A DNA stretch of 64,000 nucleotides from an uncultured Chloroflexia bacterium (GCA_963774265.1 CAVZDU010000001.1:64001-128000); one strand, 5' to 3'; shown: positions 29,154 to 39,520, numbered from the stretch's first letter. Notes: generated by a model from the letters alone, not told the origin. Program-made: numbers and translations.

Positions 29154-30651
29154 CTGCTCGATGCCGTACGCTCCAGGTAAATGGGCGACCAGCCAACGGC
29201 AAGCCGCCCTCCGGGCACGGCCAGCTTCTGACCGAATTTATCGTAAGCCGCGAGGAAGCCGGCCGGCAAAACCAGGCTGACATCACTTCCATCCGTGGAC
29301 CAAAGGATAAGCAACTGCCGCCCGTCCTCTTTCCCAAACTGTTGCCCCGACACACCCTGGAACTCGGTCACTGCGCGCTGATAGCGCGCCCGGCCGAGCT
29401 GGCTGCCCAGGTACTTGTACGCGGCGAAAGCCGGCTTGGGCGTAAGGTCAGGGAGGATCAGCCCCTTGTATTTGAACTCCGTGATCAGTGCATAGTAGGT
29501 CGCACCGGAAAGACCCAGGCCGTAGGCCTCAGCGTAGACGCGCGGGATAAAAGCGGCCCCAACCTCGTTACATTCCGGTGTGGGATCGTCGCATTTCAGC
29601 GCAACCTCGCCTGCAAACACGGGCTTCTTGTCAAACCCGTAGCGTGCCAGTATCCGCCGCACGAACCCGACTTTCTCCGGCAACCCCGTGCCGCCACCAG
29701 CCGGATCGCTCCAGGCATAGTAGCTATGCATGCGCTGTGGAAGATCCATGCGCAGAACTGCGTAGGAATGCACATCCACCATGTCGAAGTAGGGTCCGCC
29801 GCCATTGCGCAGCACGCCTTCCAAGAAATGACCCGAGGCCCACCGCCGTTCGTTGTCGCAGCCGTTACCTGGCGACGTCGTCTCAGGGTCACACTCGAGC
29901 AATAAGCCGGCCATCATGACCTGCGCACCGGGATCTGCCGCCTTGATGCGAGGGTAGACAACCTTCAGCATGTCGGCATAGTAAGGTCCACCATAGTATG
30001 GATCGTTTGGATCGCCCCAGCAGCCGAATGGCGCATCCCCCCACACCTCGGCCGGCGCCACGTCCGGCTCATTGCCGATCTGCCAATGGCGCACGCCGTA
30101 GCGCGTCTGGCTACCATAACGAGCCACCACTTGTTCCATGAACCGCGCAAAGGCCTCGAACTTGTCGCGCCTCACTGGACCGCACGGATACGAAGCAACA
30201 CCCTGCGCCCACGTTGGCGTCATTTGGATGTTGATGATCGGCTCGAAAGCGTCCGCGGAGCGCGCAGCAACTCCTGTTCAAGTTGGGCGAGCACTTCCCA
30301 ATGGTTCTGCCCTTCGACCGGCTCTACTTCCAACCACGAAAGCTCCCGATAGCGCCGCACCCAACGCGCGCCGAGCTGTTGAATGCGGTCGTAAGCGTAC
30401 TGGTTGGCGAATCCTTCAACTGCCACACCCAGCAGTGGCGCGGCCGCGCGATCCCTGTTCGCTGCGACTGGCAGTTGGGTCCGCTTCGCAGGCGCCGGGG
30501 TTGCCTCGGCTGCGGGTTTGCTGCGAATCACCGGTTTTGCGGTAGGGGTTGGTTTCGGGGCAACCACAAGGTCGTCACCAGGCGGCCATCCGGGAGTCAG
30601 GCCGGCAAAGATGGTGACGACTATTGCGAGCACGATTCTGGCAGCGATCAT
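29150..30651 (-). CDS. Secreted GH39/GH5-like glycoside hydrolase (~500 aa), split by a frameshift near 30255; N-terminal TQLPVAAN motif
   Basis: ORF 30220-30666 (signal, LGARWVR, WLEVEP) continues in the -1 frame as FEPIINIQMTPTWA...WQIGNEPD...VFAGE. Confidence 0.78.
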
Positions 30652-32639
30652 TGGCTGAGACTCCATTCGTTGCGCAGCGGGGCGAACAGCAACAGGCTCG
30701 CTCCCTGGCCGTAAAGCTGCAGCCCGGTGTTAGGAATCGCCGCATACTCGGCCTGTGTAGCCATCGGACCGGTCGGCGCGGAGACCCCTCTCACCCTGCC
30801 GTCAGCATCAACCTGCCGCCAGGCGCCCGTTTGGACAGATCGAACGGCGGCCGGGGCAATGCTGGCGTCCAGCCACCCTGCGGATGCTGCCCGGCGCAGG
30901 CCGTATCCGATCAGTGCGGAGCCACTGGTCTCATGATAGAAGTCAGGACGGTTCACGATTGTGGACCACAGACCCGACGCATCCTGACAGGCGACCAGAC
31001 CACGCTGCTGTGCGTGGAGCCTGGCCAACAATGCCTGGGTGTCGATCGCGTCCGCGGGCGCGTCCCGCAGCGCTTCCACCGTCGCGACCATAGCCCAACC
31101 ATTGCCGCGCGCCCAAAAATGCGGGCCAAAATACCAGTTTTCGCTCGCATCCCACCCGTGGCGAAAAAGCCCGGTCAGCGGATCCTGGAGGTGTTTTGCA
31201 TGGAGCAAGACTTGCTGCCGCGCAAAATCATGGTAGAGCGGCCCTGCTGATAGATCGGTGCGCCCCATCGCCATCATGAACGGTACGACGCCAATCAATG
31301 TGTCGTCCCAGACGGTGTCGCCCTCATGGAAGAGCGTGCCATCTGCCGCCCGTGGCGCCTCATTATACAGGTAATGCAGCACCTCGACCGCGTAAGCGTG
31401 GCGAGCAAAGCCCCCTTCCGCCTGCCACACACTAATGGCCGCCAGCCCCAACAGCCCATCGTTCACATGCCCGATAGGGTGGCTCGCTGTGATGCAGCCG
31501 TCGATCCAGTCGCGGACCCAAGCCAGGTATCGGCGGTCTCCGGTCTCCTGCCAAATTGTGATGAGACCGTAGGCCCACGTGCCGGCCTCCCAATCGCAGC
31601 GCAGTCCGGCCAGCATGCCCCGGCCGGTTGCACCGATATGATACAGAGGACTTTCGAAGGAGCGCAGAAACACGTCGTGACCCTGGCCCTCCGGCGCGGC
31701 AGCAAACACAAGCGAACTGCCGTCACCAGCAACCCTGGGTGTGAACACGCTCCAACCGGGCCGAGACCAGAGCTGCCGCGCACCGGCGCCGGCGGGATTG
31801 ACGAGTGTCACCTGGTCGACGCCACCCTGGGCTGAAACGTAAACGACTCCGCTTCCATCAGGAATGACAAGCGGGTAGTTGACAGCCGAATCAAGGGATG
31901 TCATACGGGTCACATCGGAGCCATCTGGGGCCATGCGATAGGCGGCACTGACGCCGTCCCGTTCGCTGCGGAACACAATTGAGTGACCGTCTGCCGAAAA
32001 TGACGGTAAGCGATCCACGGCCGGATCATTCGTCAGTTGGACCCACTCAGACCCGGCGAGTGCTGCCCGGTAGATGTCCCAATTGCCGGCCCGGTTGCTG
32101 CTGAAGGCAAGATGGTCGCCGTCCGGCGCCAACGCCGGATGCACCTCATCGGTGACCTTGGCGCCTGCGGCCAAACGCACGTTTCCCCCGTCGAGATCAA
32201 CGAGGTAAATATCCCAATCGCCTGAACGATTTGACGCAAAGATCACTGACTCGCCGTTTGAGGTGAAGGTAGGGGTGTCCTCATCGTCATTCGGAGTCAT
32301 CGTCAGATTAACGGCATCACCAGCTGATGTGCTGGCCAACCAGACTTCAGGATGAGCCGAGGCATCGACAAATACAACCCGTGTGTTATCCGGCGAGAGC
32401 GCAGGCTGCCTGGCATCGCGCGGGCCATACGTGAGCTGCACCGTGGAGGTGAACTGGTACGAGTTGAGCACCAGTGGCAAACTAGCGGAGAAGTCCACAC
32501 TGCCGGGCGCCGGCGAGTCGGGAATCTCCGACAACCAGGCGCGTGAGGCCCGGCTTCGCGGAGTTGCCCATAGCGCGAGCAACGCGAATGCAGCCACGGC
32601 GAGGATGCCGCCCATCCGCATCGAACATCGTGCCGCCAT
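30648..32639 (-). CDS. Secreted TolB-like (PD40) beta-propeller fused to GH105/GH88 unsaturated glycosyl hydrolase; N-terminal SLPLVLN motif
   Basis: PALSPD and FSSNRAGNWDIY PD40 repeats; WDDT, FRHGWD, FWARGNGW, ETSGSAL, YGQG. Confidence 0.85.
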   Translation of the reverse strand: MAARCSMRMGGILAVAAFALLALWATPRSRASRAWLSEIPDSPAPGSVDFSASLPLVLNSYQFTSTVQLTYGPRDARQPALSPDNTRVVFVDASAHPEVWLASTSAGDAVNLTMTPNDDEDTPTFTSNGESVIFASNRSGDWDIYLVDLDGGNVRLAAGAKVTDEVHPALAPDGDHLAFSSNRAGNWDIYRAALAGSEWVQLTNDPAVDRLPSFSADGHSIVFRSERDGVSAAYRMAPDGSDVTRMTSLDSAVNYPLVIPDGSGVVYVSAQGGVDQVTLVNPAGAGARQLWSRPGWSVFTPRVAGDGSSLVFAAAPEGQGHDVFLRSFESPLYHIGATGRGMLAGLRCDWEAGTWAYGLITIWQETGDRRYLAWVRDWIDGCITASHPIGHVNDGLLGLAAISVWQAEGGFARHAYAVEVLHYLYNEAPRAADGTLFHEGDTVWDDTLIGVVPFMMAMGRTDLSAGPLYHDFARQQVLLHAKHLQDPLTGLFRHGWDASENWYFGPHFWARGNGWAMVATVEALRDAPADAIDTQALLARLHAQQRGLVACQDASGLWSTIVNRPDFYHETSGSALIGYGLRRAASAGWLDASIAPAAVRSVQTGAWRQVDADGRVRGVSAPTGPMATQAEYAAIPNTGLQLYGQGASLLLFAPLRNEWSLSQ

Positions 32640-32651
32640 GCTTCGATCACC

Positions 32652-34499
32652 TCACCGCAGCCGAAAAACATAGGATCCTGCGTCCGAGTACAGCTGCTCG
32701 AACTCAGGAGAGGTCAGTAACGCCTGCACGTCGATATTACCGCCCTTGGCCCCCACGAACACATGCGTGATTCCGGCGGAACGCAGTGCTGCCACCGCAG
32801 CCGGGGTGGTGAGCTGCCCATTCAACGAATCCAACGCGATGAGCTGGGGCAACAGATCGGGAGTCGCACCGCGTTCGATCGAAAATGTCATCGGCATCGT
32901 GACGGTCTGCCTGTTTGCCAGGAGGGGCAACCAGTAGCCGGCATCAATCCCAATGATGAAGTCTCGCATGAAATCCCAGTGATAGGTGTTAACCATGAAC
33001 CGGGCGGATTCCGGCGTGTTCGCTCGAATCCATGCCGCTGCCGCGACATCACCCCCCTGTACGAATGTACCGTTCGGGTCCGCAATGGCGGCCGAGCGCG
33101 GCGCGCCAGTGAGTATCAGGGCGAGTAACGCCACGAGCGTCAGCACACGCAGGACACGTGACGCTCGACCGGCGCGGTCGAGCAGCCGTCCAGTCGCAGC
33201 CCCGATGACAAAGGCCACCGGGAGGAACAGCGATATGACCACCGACACGGTGTCCATGAACGTGCCGGCAAACAGCGGCAGAGATGCCGCAAGCATGAAC
33301 CCCGCCCAAGCGACGACGAGCAAACTCGGCCGATCGCGAAACAACAGGACCGCCACCAGCGCCAGTCCCAATAGCACCATCAACAGGGTGTTCGTCGGAT
33401 AGTTCAACACGACCGGACCGAACCGGTCGAGCGAAAAAAACGAGGGACCCGGATCGCTAACCGCCAGCGAGTAGCCTATATTGCGCTGACTGAGCACATG
33501 ACCAAGCCACGGCGCAACAAGGACGAAGGCCAATCCCGCGAGGGCAACCCCCCGCACGGCCAGCATTTTCCACATGCCCCATGGCGCCCGGCGCCACAGA
33601 AGCCCGACGCCAAAGATGATAACCACGCCACTTGCGGCCATCAGTGTGACCCGATAATGCGTGAGCGCGATCCCAGCCGCGACCAATCCGACAAACGGCA
33701 GGCGCTGCCATCTCCACCCCGTCGCCTCCCAGTCCCAGACCAGGGCCAACAACCCAGCCAACAGCACCGTACCGGTTAGCTGCGTGTACCGCCCATAGTT
33801 GATCAGATAGGCTGGAAAAACCGCAACACTCCCTACCAGCACTGCGCTGACAGCGGCTGCCAGGCGGTTACGCGTGACTATCTCCGTGAAGGCCGCCACG
33901 GCGAGTGCCGCCAGACCAATCAGCAATTGCGCCACGAGCGGCACGACAATGTGGACCGGCACGCGAGCGATCTCAGCAATTGCGGCGGCCACCGAATGAA
34001 AGCCGTAGTGATAGGTGAAGCTCAAGAGGGGCGCATAGGGCAGGTAGTTACGCGGAAGTTGGCCGCGTTCAACGATCAATTGCGTGATGAGAGTATGATG
34101 GTAACTGTCGCTGCCCGGGCCAACCACCACGCTCCTGAGCGCATAGACGGCTGCCCCCGCCCCAACGACCACGGCCAACCAGAGGATGACACGCTCGGGC
34201 GCAGGGAGCGAAGGCGCCAGGCGGAGGCGAGGCCGCAAATGAATCGCTGCAATTAACCATCCGATGGCAAGGCACACGACGAGCGCCGGTCTGGACAGCG
34301 AAATATCGAACAACTGGAGCCATGCCATGAAAACCGGCCAGGCAGCGACGGCGAACAAGATGGCGAAAGTTGCCTGCCAGGTTGTGGCAAGTTTTTGATG
34401 GTTTGTGTAGAAAGAGAGCAACGCCATACCGGGGCCAACAAACAGCACCAACGCAGCGACAAGCCGGAGCCAATCGCTGATCGAAAGCGAGGTCAGCAT
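32652..34499 (-). CDS. Polytopic membrane protein, GT-C-like putative glycosyltransferase (alternative start 34532)
   Basis: >10 TM helices; first-loop GSDSYHH, YHYGFH; C-terminal AAAWIRANTP..LRSAGITHVFV domain. Confidence 0.65.
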   Translation of the reverse strand: MLTSLSISDWLRLVAALVLFVGPGMALLSFYTNHQKLATTWQATFAILFAVAAWPVFMAWLQLFDISLSRPALVVCLAIGWLIAAIHLRPRLRLAPSLPAPERVILWLAVVVGAGAAVYALRSVVVGPGSDSYHHTLITQLIVERGQLPRNYLPYAPLLSFTYHYGFHSVAAAIAEIARVPVHIVVPLVAQLLIGLAALAVAAFTEIVTRNRLAAAVSAVLVGSVAVFPAYLINYGRYTQLTGTVLLAGLLALVWDWEATGWRWQRLPFVGLVAAGIALTHYRVTLMAASGVVIIFGVGLLWRRAPWGMWKMLAVRGVALAGLAFVLVAPWLGHVLSQRNIGYSLAVSDPGPSFFSLDRFGPVVLNYPTNTLLMVLLGLALVAVLLFRDRPSLLVVAWAGFMLAASLPLFAGTFMDTVSVVISLFLPVAFVIGAATGRLLDRAGRASRVLRVLTLVALLALILTGAPRSAAIADPNGTFVQGGDVAAAAWIRANTPESARFMVNTYHWDFMRDFIIGIDAGYWLPLLANRQTVTMPMTFSIERGATPDLLPQLIALDSLNGQLTTPAAVAALRSAGITHVFVGAKGGNIDVQALLTSPEFEQLYSDAGSYVFRLR

Positions 34500-34521
34500 G
34501 GGCGGCCGGGGGTGATTGCCG

Positions 34522-35481
34522 TCACGGCGCATCCTCGCGTCGAGCGTCGAGTTCTTGTCTCCGCGTGCGGTATAGCATCTCCTCTAACATTCTTCGATTC
34601 ATGCTCACCGAATCCGCGATCAACCCGATCAGCCCGACCTGAAAGCCAATAATGCTGAGAATCGCGGCGAGGATCAGCGACTGCACGTGCCCCGCACCGT
34701 TCCCCTGGACGTAGAAGACAAGAAAGCGCACTCCAAGAGCGAGCGCAAATGCCATCAATATACCGCCGGCCATCATGAACACGCGCAGCGGCCGGTAGGT
34801 GGTGTAGAAGCGAAGGATCGTGGCCGCCGACAATATCAGGAAGGAGGGTACGCTGCGTATGAGGCGCGACTTGCGTGTTTGAATATTGGTGCGGATGGGC
34901 ACGTACACTACCTTCATCCTGCGCGCACCGGCTTGGATCAAGGTTTCCAGCGTATAGGTGTACTCGCTCAGGACGGTCAGTCGCAGAGCCGCCTCACGAC
35001 TGAAAGCGCGAAATCCGCTGGTGGCGTCAGGGATGGGCATCCCCGCCGCCCGCTCCACCACCCAACTCCCGAGCCGCTGCAGGACACGTTTCAGTGGTGA
35101 AAACTCGGCGTGCGCCGCCACACCGCGATCGCCCACGACAATATCGGCCTGTCCCGTCAGGATCGGCTCAATTAGCTTCCCGACGTCCGCACCCGCGTAC
35201 TGATTGTCACCGTCCGTATTGACAATGATGTCTGCCCCGGCCGTTAAAGCGGCCTCCATTCCGGTTTGAAACGCGGCTGCCAACCCGCGATTGTGCCGAT
35301 GGCGGATAACGTGGTGAATACCCAACGCCTGAGCCACCTCGACCGTGCGGTCGCGGCTGCCGTCGTCGACAATGAGATACTCAATCGCATCAATGCCGGG
35401 CAACGTGCTTGGCAAATCGGCCACAGTAAGCGGCAGTGTCTTTTCTTCGTTATAACAGGGGATCTGGATGATGAGCTTCAC
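34522..35481 (-). CDS. GT2 polyprenol-phosphate glycosyltransferase (DPM1-like) with C-terminal TM helices
   Basis: [34 protein letters not shown]. Confidence 0.9.
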   Translation of the reverse strand: MKLIIQIPCYNEEKTLPLTVADLPSTLPGIDAIEYLIVDDGSRDRTVEVAQALGIHHVIRHRHNRGLAAAFQTGMEAALTAGADIIVNTDGDNQYAGADVGKLIEPILTGQADIVVGDRGVAAHAEFSPLKRVLQRLGSWVVERAAGMPIPDATSGFRAFSREAALRLTVLSEYTYTLETLIQAGARRMKVVYVPIRTNIQTRKSRLIRSVPSFLILSAATILRFYTTYRPLRVFMMAGGILMAFALALGVRFLVFYVQGNGAGHVQSLILAAILSIIGFQVGLIGLIADSVSMNRRMLEEMLYRTRRQELDARREDAP

Positions 35482-35530
35482 AATTGTGTCCCGCGGGTAC
35501 GCATGGATAGATGCCGCCAGTTAGGGGAGA

Positions 35531-35539
35531 ATTATAACA
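35531..35539 (-). promoter_or_regulatory. Extended -10 promoter heading the glycosylation locus
   Basis: TGTTATAAT on minus strand, ~50 nt upstream of the start. Confidence 0.55.
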
Positions 35540-35558
35540 CGGTCCGCGCAACACAACA

Positions 35559-35601
35559 GAAACCCGGTTTCCGCTGATGCCTTGGGCGGAAACCGGGTTT
35601 C
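35559..35601 (-). terminator. Hairpin terminator after clpC
   Basis: gaaacccggtttccgc-11 nt-gcggaaaccgggtttc perfect 16-bp stem. Confidence 0.8.
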
Positions 35602-35609
35602 CAGGGGAT

Positions 35610-38129
35610 CTAGCCGTTCGTCTCCTGCCCGTTAAGCATTCGGCTCATCGGCAGTTCGATTGCGATCGGTTCGGGCGGATGATTCGCAAACGTCAATTGC
35701 GTCTGTCCCCCCTCGTCCTCTCCGACATCAACGATCACCGTGTCGCCGTCTTTGAACTCGCCGGCCAACAGTCGTTTGGCCAGCGGATTCTCCACATGCC
35801 GCTCCAACGTCCGGCGGACTGGCCGCGCCCCAAACTGCGGATCGTAACCCTCCTGCGCTAACCAGTCACGCGCCGCCTCGGTCAGTTCGATCTTAAGCCC
35901 CTGCTCCGCCAGGCGTCCACTGATCTCAGCCATCTGTAGATCCACAATCGCTTTCACGTGCTCCTGCGTCAGGCTGTGGAAGATAATTACTTCGTCGATC
36001 CGGTTCAAGAACTCGGGCCGGAAAGTCTGCTTCAAGTCCCGCTCGATGTTCTCTCGCAGTTGGCGCTCCTGTGAACTGACGCCATTCTCTTTGAGAAACC
36101 CCAACGTACCGCCTGATCGTACGAACGCGGTGCCGATGTTCGAAGTCATGATGATGACCGTATTGCGAAAGTCGACGACATGGCCCTGCCCGTCAGTCAG
36201 CCGGCCATCTTCCAGGATCTGCAGCAGGGAGTTCCAGACCTCCGGGTGGGCCTTCTCGATCTCATCGAAGAGGATCACCCGATAGGGCCGCCGCCTCACC
36301 GCTTCCGTCAATTGCCCGCCCTCATCGTATCCGACATAACCCGGGGGTGCACCGAACAGACGGCTGATCGTGTGTCGTTCCTGGTACTCGCTCATGTCGA
36401 TGCGCACCAGCGCTTCTTCATCGTCGAACAGAAACTCGGCCAACGCCTTCGCTAACTCGGTCTTGCCCACGCCGCTCGACCCCAGGAAGATGAAGCTGCC
36501 GATGGGCCGCCGCGGATTCTTCAGCCCACTGCGAGTGCGCCGCAGGGCATCAGACACCGCGCAAATCGCCTCATCCTGGCCCACCACGCGCCTGTGAAGC
36601 TCATCTTCCATGCGCAGCAGTTTAGCCGACTCTCCCTCCAACATCGTGTTGATCGGGATGCCCGTCCAGCGGGCAACCACCTGAGCGATATCCGAGGCAT
36701 CGACCACCTCGTCCAGCCCGCTCGACTGCTGCCAGGTCGCATAATCGACCTCGTACTGTGCAGCCAACTTCAACCGGTCACTCTTCAGCTCAGCAGCTTG
36801 TGCAAAGTCATTCCCGGCATAAGACGCGTCCTCTTGCGCCTTCATCTCAGCCAGTTTCTTCTTGATGGTCTTCAACGGCAGCGGCATCGTGAAAAGCGAC
36901 ACCCGCAGCCCTGCGCCGGCCTCGTCGATCAGGTCGATCGCCTTGTCAGGCAGCCGGCGATCGGTGACGTAACGGTGGGACAACCTGGTGGCAGCCACCA
37001 GCGCCTCGTCTGTAAACGTCACCTGGTGGTGCTTTTCATACCGGTCGCGCACGCCGCGCAGGATCTCGATCGCATCCTCGACCGAAGGCTCGTCCACATA
37101 GATCGGTGCGAAGCGGCGCTCCAGCGCACTGTCTTTCTCGATGTGCTGGCGGTATTCGTCCAGCGTCGTCGCGCCGATGCAGCGCAGCTCGCCGCGCGCC
37201 AGCGCCGGCTTCAGCATGTTGCTCGCGTCCACCGCCCCTTGCGCTGCGCCCGCGCCGACCACCGTGTGCAGCTCATCAATGAAGAGGATCACCTCGCCTT
37301 CGGCCTTCTGCACCTCTTCGATCGTCGTCTTCAGGCGCTCCTCGAACTCGCCACGGAACCGGGTGCCCGCGATCATGGCGCCCAGGTCAAGGCTCATCAA
37401 CCGCTTGCCGACCAGGCTCTCGGGCACATCCTCAGCCACGATCTTCTGGGCCAATCCTTCGACGATGGCCGTCTTGCCGACACCCGCTTCACCGATCAGG
37501 ACCGGGTTGTTCTTTGTGCGCCGGCTGAGCACCTGGATCACACGCAGGATTTCTGCATCACGGCCGATCACCGGATCGAGCTTACCCTCGCGCGCCGATG
37601 CGGTGAGGTCACGAGCGTATTTCTCCAGGGTGCGATAACGGCTCTCGGCCTGCGGCGTGCTGGCCTTCTGACCACCGCGGCCCTCCTCGATAGCTTTCAG
37701 CACCATCTCCCGGGTCACATGTGCCTCGCGCAGCAGGCCGGCGGAGAAGCCACCGCGCTCGCTGAGAGTGCCCAGCAACAAATGCTCGGTGGAAATGTAC
37801 TCATCCTTCAGGGCTTGTGCTTCTTCAGTCGCCTGATCGATCACTCGTTTCAGCCGGGGCGTGATAAAAACCTGGGCAACGGCCTGAGGGAACATCGCCG
37901 GTCCGCCGGCGCGCGGCGTACGCTGCAGATTATCAGTCAGCCGTTCCTTCATAATGTCGAGGGGCGCACCCATCCGCGCGAGCATCTCCGCCACGACCCC
38001 CTTGGGCTGCTCCAGCAGCGCCAGGAACAGGTGCTCGACATCGACCTGGCTGTGACCGTAACGCTGCATAATCTCATAAGCGCGCATTGCAGCATCCTGT
38101 GCACGCTCGGTAAATCGGTCAAATCGCAT
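35610..38129 (-). CDS. clpC: ATP-dependent Clp protease ATPase subunit ClpC
   Basis: Clp-N repeats, GEAGVGKT, short UVR-like middle domain, [11 protein letters not shown] ClpP-docking loop. Confidence 0.9.
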   Translation of the reverse strand: MRFDRFTERAQDAAMRAYEIMQRYGHSQVDVEHLFLALLEQPKGVVAEMLARMGAPLDIMKERLTDNLQRTPRAGGPAMFPQAVAQVFITPRLKRVIDQATEEAQALKDEYISTEHLLLGTLSERGGFSAGLLREAHVTREMVLKAIEEGRGGQKASTPQAESRYRTLEKYARDLTASAREGKLDPVIGRDAEILRVIQVLSRRTKNNPVLIGEAGVGKTAIVEGLAQKIVAEDVPESLVGKRLMSLDLGAMIAGTRFRGEFEERLKTTIEEVQKAEGEVILFIDELHTVVGAGAAQGAVDASNMLKPALARGELRCIGATTLDEYRQHIEKDSALERRFAPIYVDEPSVEDAIEILRGVRDRYEKHHQVTFTDEALVAATRLSHRYVTDRRLPDKAIDLIDEAGAGLRVSLFTMPLPLKTIKKKLAEMKAQEDASYAGNDFAQAAELKSDRLKLAAQYEVDYATWQQSSGLDEVVDASDIAQVVARWTGIPINTMLEGESAKLLRMEDELHRRVVGQDEAICAVSDALRRTRSGLKNPRRPIGSFIFLGSSGVGKTELAKALAEFLFDDEEALVRIDMSEYQERHTISRLFGAPPGYVGYDEGGQLTEAVRRRPYRVILFDEIEKAHPEVWNSLLQILEDGRLTDGQGHVVDFRNTVIIMTSNIGTAFVRSGGTLGFLKENGVSSQERQLRENIERDLKQTFRPEFLNRIDEVIIFHSLTQEHVKAIVDLQMAEISGRLAEQGLKIELTEAARDWLAQEGYDPQFGARPVRRTLERHVENPLAKRLLAGEFKDGDTVIVDVGEDEGGQTQLTFANHPPEPIAIELPMSRMLNGQETNG

Positions 38130-38172
38130 TTGCATCCTCGAAAGAAAGTGCAAGCCAAACCTTGCAGAAAAC

Positions 38173-38230
38173 ACAACCCGCAGTGCCCCCGGGCGCCATT
38201 AGCAGCGTCCGGGGGCACACTACGGGTTGT
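38173..38230 (-). promoter_or_regulatory. Long GC-rich hairpin in the clpC leader/intergenic region
   Basis: acaacccg..gtgcccccgggcgc-8 nt-gcgtccgggggcac..cgggttgt. Confidence 0.6.
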
Positions 38231-38353
38231 AAGATGCTCCTATTGCTGCCAGTCGTGGTGCCACTCGTGGCTTTCAAGCTGACACTAACACGCAAGTGTT
38301 AACAGAAGCGTATGAGCGGCTCCACATCCGGCATATCTAATAAAACGCTAACG

Positions 38354-39445
38354 TCAGTAGCGCAACACCGCCGCGATCTGACCTACCTGTGCCAGTTGTG
38401 CGTTCGATTCCATCGCTGAAACCTTGATCCCCGCGTCCATGGCGCGATGGATCGCCAGATTAACGACATCGTTTGATGTGACCAGGTTGCCGTTGCAGTA
38501 AGGGCAGGCGGGCAGATCATCGATCACAATCGCATGGCAATGGGTGCACTGGCGTCCCGCATGGTGAAATGTCGGATCGACCAACAGTTGGTGGACGCGA
38601 CCTTGCTGCAACGCCATCAGTGTTTTGGCAAGACCGGTCGCGCCCGCCCCGCCCTTGTGCTCCGACGTGATCACCTGCCCCAAGAGGTCAGACTCCTGCT
38701 GCTTTTGCGCGAGTTGCGCCACTTCATATGCGCGCTCCCACGCATCGGCCGGAGATGCACTCATGTCGAGATTGATCTGACCGACGACTTTGTCGGCCAG
38801 GGATCGCGGCATCTGTCCCTTTATCTCGGCCAGGTTTTCATCTGTGCCGGAGAGAACCACGCGTGACACCTTGTGCTGAGTCAGGTATTCAGCCGCCCAC
38901 TCAGCAGCATCCCGCAGGTTATGCCGCGCTTCCTGATCCTCATATCGTTGGAGCTTCTGAGCGGCCCAGCCACCTTGCTTGTGCCGCTTGACCTCGGCCC
39001 CCAATGTGCCGGCCGTGTCTGACAATGCACCCATCCGGTAGGTCATGGCCCGTGCGCCTTCGCGGTCCACCATGATCACGGCGAAGGATTCGTAGTTATC
39101 CCACAAATCGCTGAGAGGCTTTACATAGGGCCGGCGGCCCACGAAGACCGCATTCTGCACGGAAACCAGGAGAGGATAGCTGCGCCAGAACTTGCGCGCC
39201 TGGCAACCAAAGCAGACCACAGAACGCGCCTGCCGATCAAATTCATGCTCGAAGAAGCGCTCAACGCGCTCAACATCACCGGGGGCGGCTCCCTGTTCGA
39301 CCGCTTGGGCTAGCAACTGCCGCAGCGCCAGCTTATGATCGTCGGTCGATCGACTATGCCGGTCCAGGTGCAGGTAGAGACTCAAGACCGGCGCATCTTC
39401 GCTTACCAATTCGGCCAGTTCCTGGAGGTCCTGTTCTTGCATCAT
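38354..39445 (-). CDS. Bacterial archaeo-eukaryotic release factor (baeRF1/eRF1-like) with C-terminal Zn ribbon
   Basis: VLSLYL N-domain, PYVKPL, RHKQGGW loop, LQQGRVHQLLV, CxxC-x9-CPYC, IAAVLRY end. Confidence 0.85.
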   Translation of the reverse strand: MMQEQDLQELAELVSEDAPVLSLYLHLDRHSRSTDDHKLALRQLLAQAVEQGAAPGDVERVERFFEHEFDRQARSVVCFGCQARKFWRSYPLLVSVQNAVFVGRRPYVKPLSDLWDNYESFAVIMVDREGARAMTYRMGALSDTAGTLGAEVKRHKQGGWAAQKLQRYEDQEARHNLRDAAEWAAEYLTQHKVSRVVLSGTDENLAEIKGQMPRSLADKVVGQINLDMSASPADAWERAYEVAQLAQKQQESDLLGQVITSEHKGGAGATGLAKTLMALQQGRVHQLLVDPTFHHAGRQCTHCHAIVIDDLPACPYCNGNLVTSNDVVNLAIHRAMDAGIKVSAMESNAQLAQVGQIAAVLRY

Positions 39446-39520
39446 TGTTCACGCTCCTATGCGCGCAGTAGTCGACACCGGCACTGGCATGCCGGAAATT
39501 GACTCGCTACGCGACGCTGC

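Noticed and set aside
29150-30666. Selenocysteine (UGA) readthrough joining split ORFs, prompted by selB
   Set aside because: The downstream halves here and in the other split genes are in different frames; these are indels, not in-frame UGA codons.
36594-38282. Long + strand ORF (562 aa) and similar ones (21792-22934, 12417-13334, 2729-3790)
   Set aside because: Antisense shadows of well-supported genes in GC-rich DNA, with no motifs of their own.
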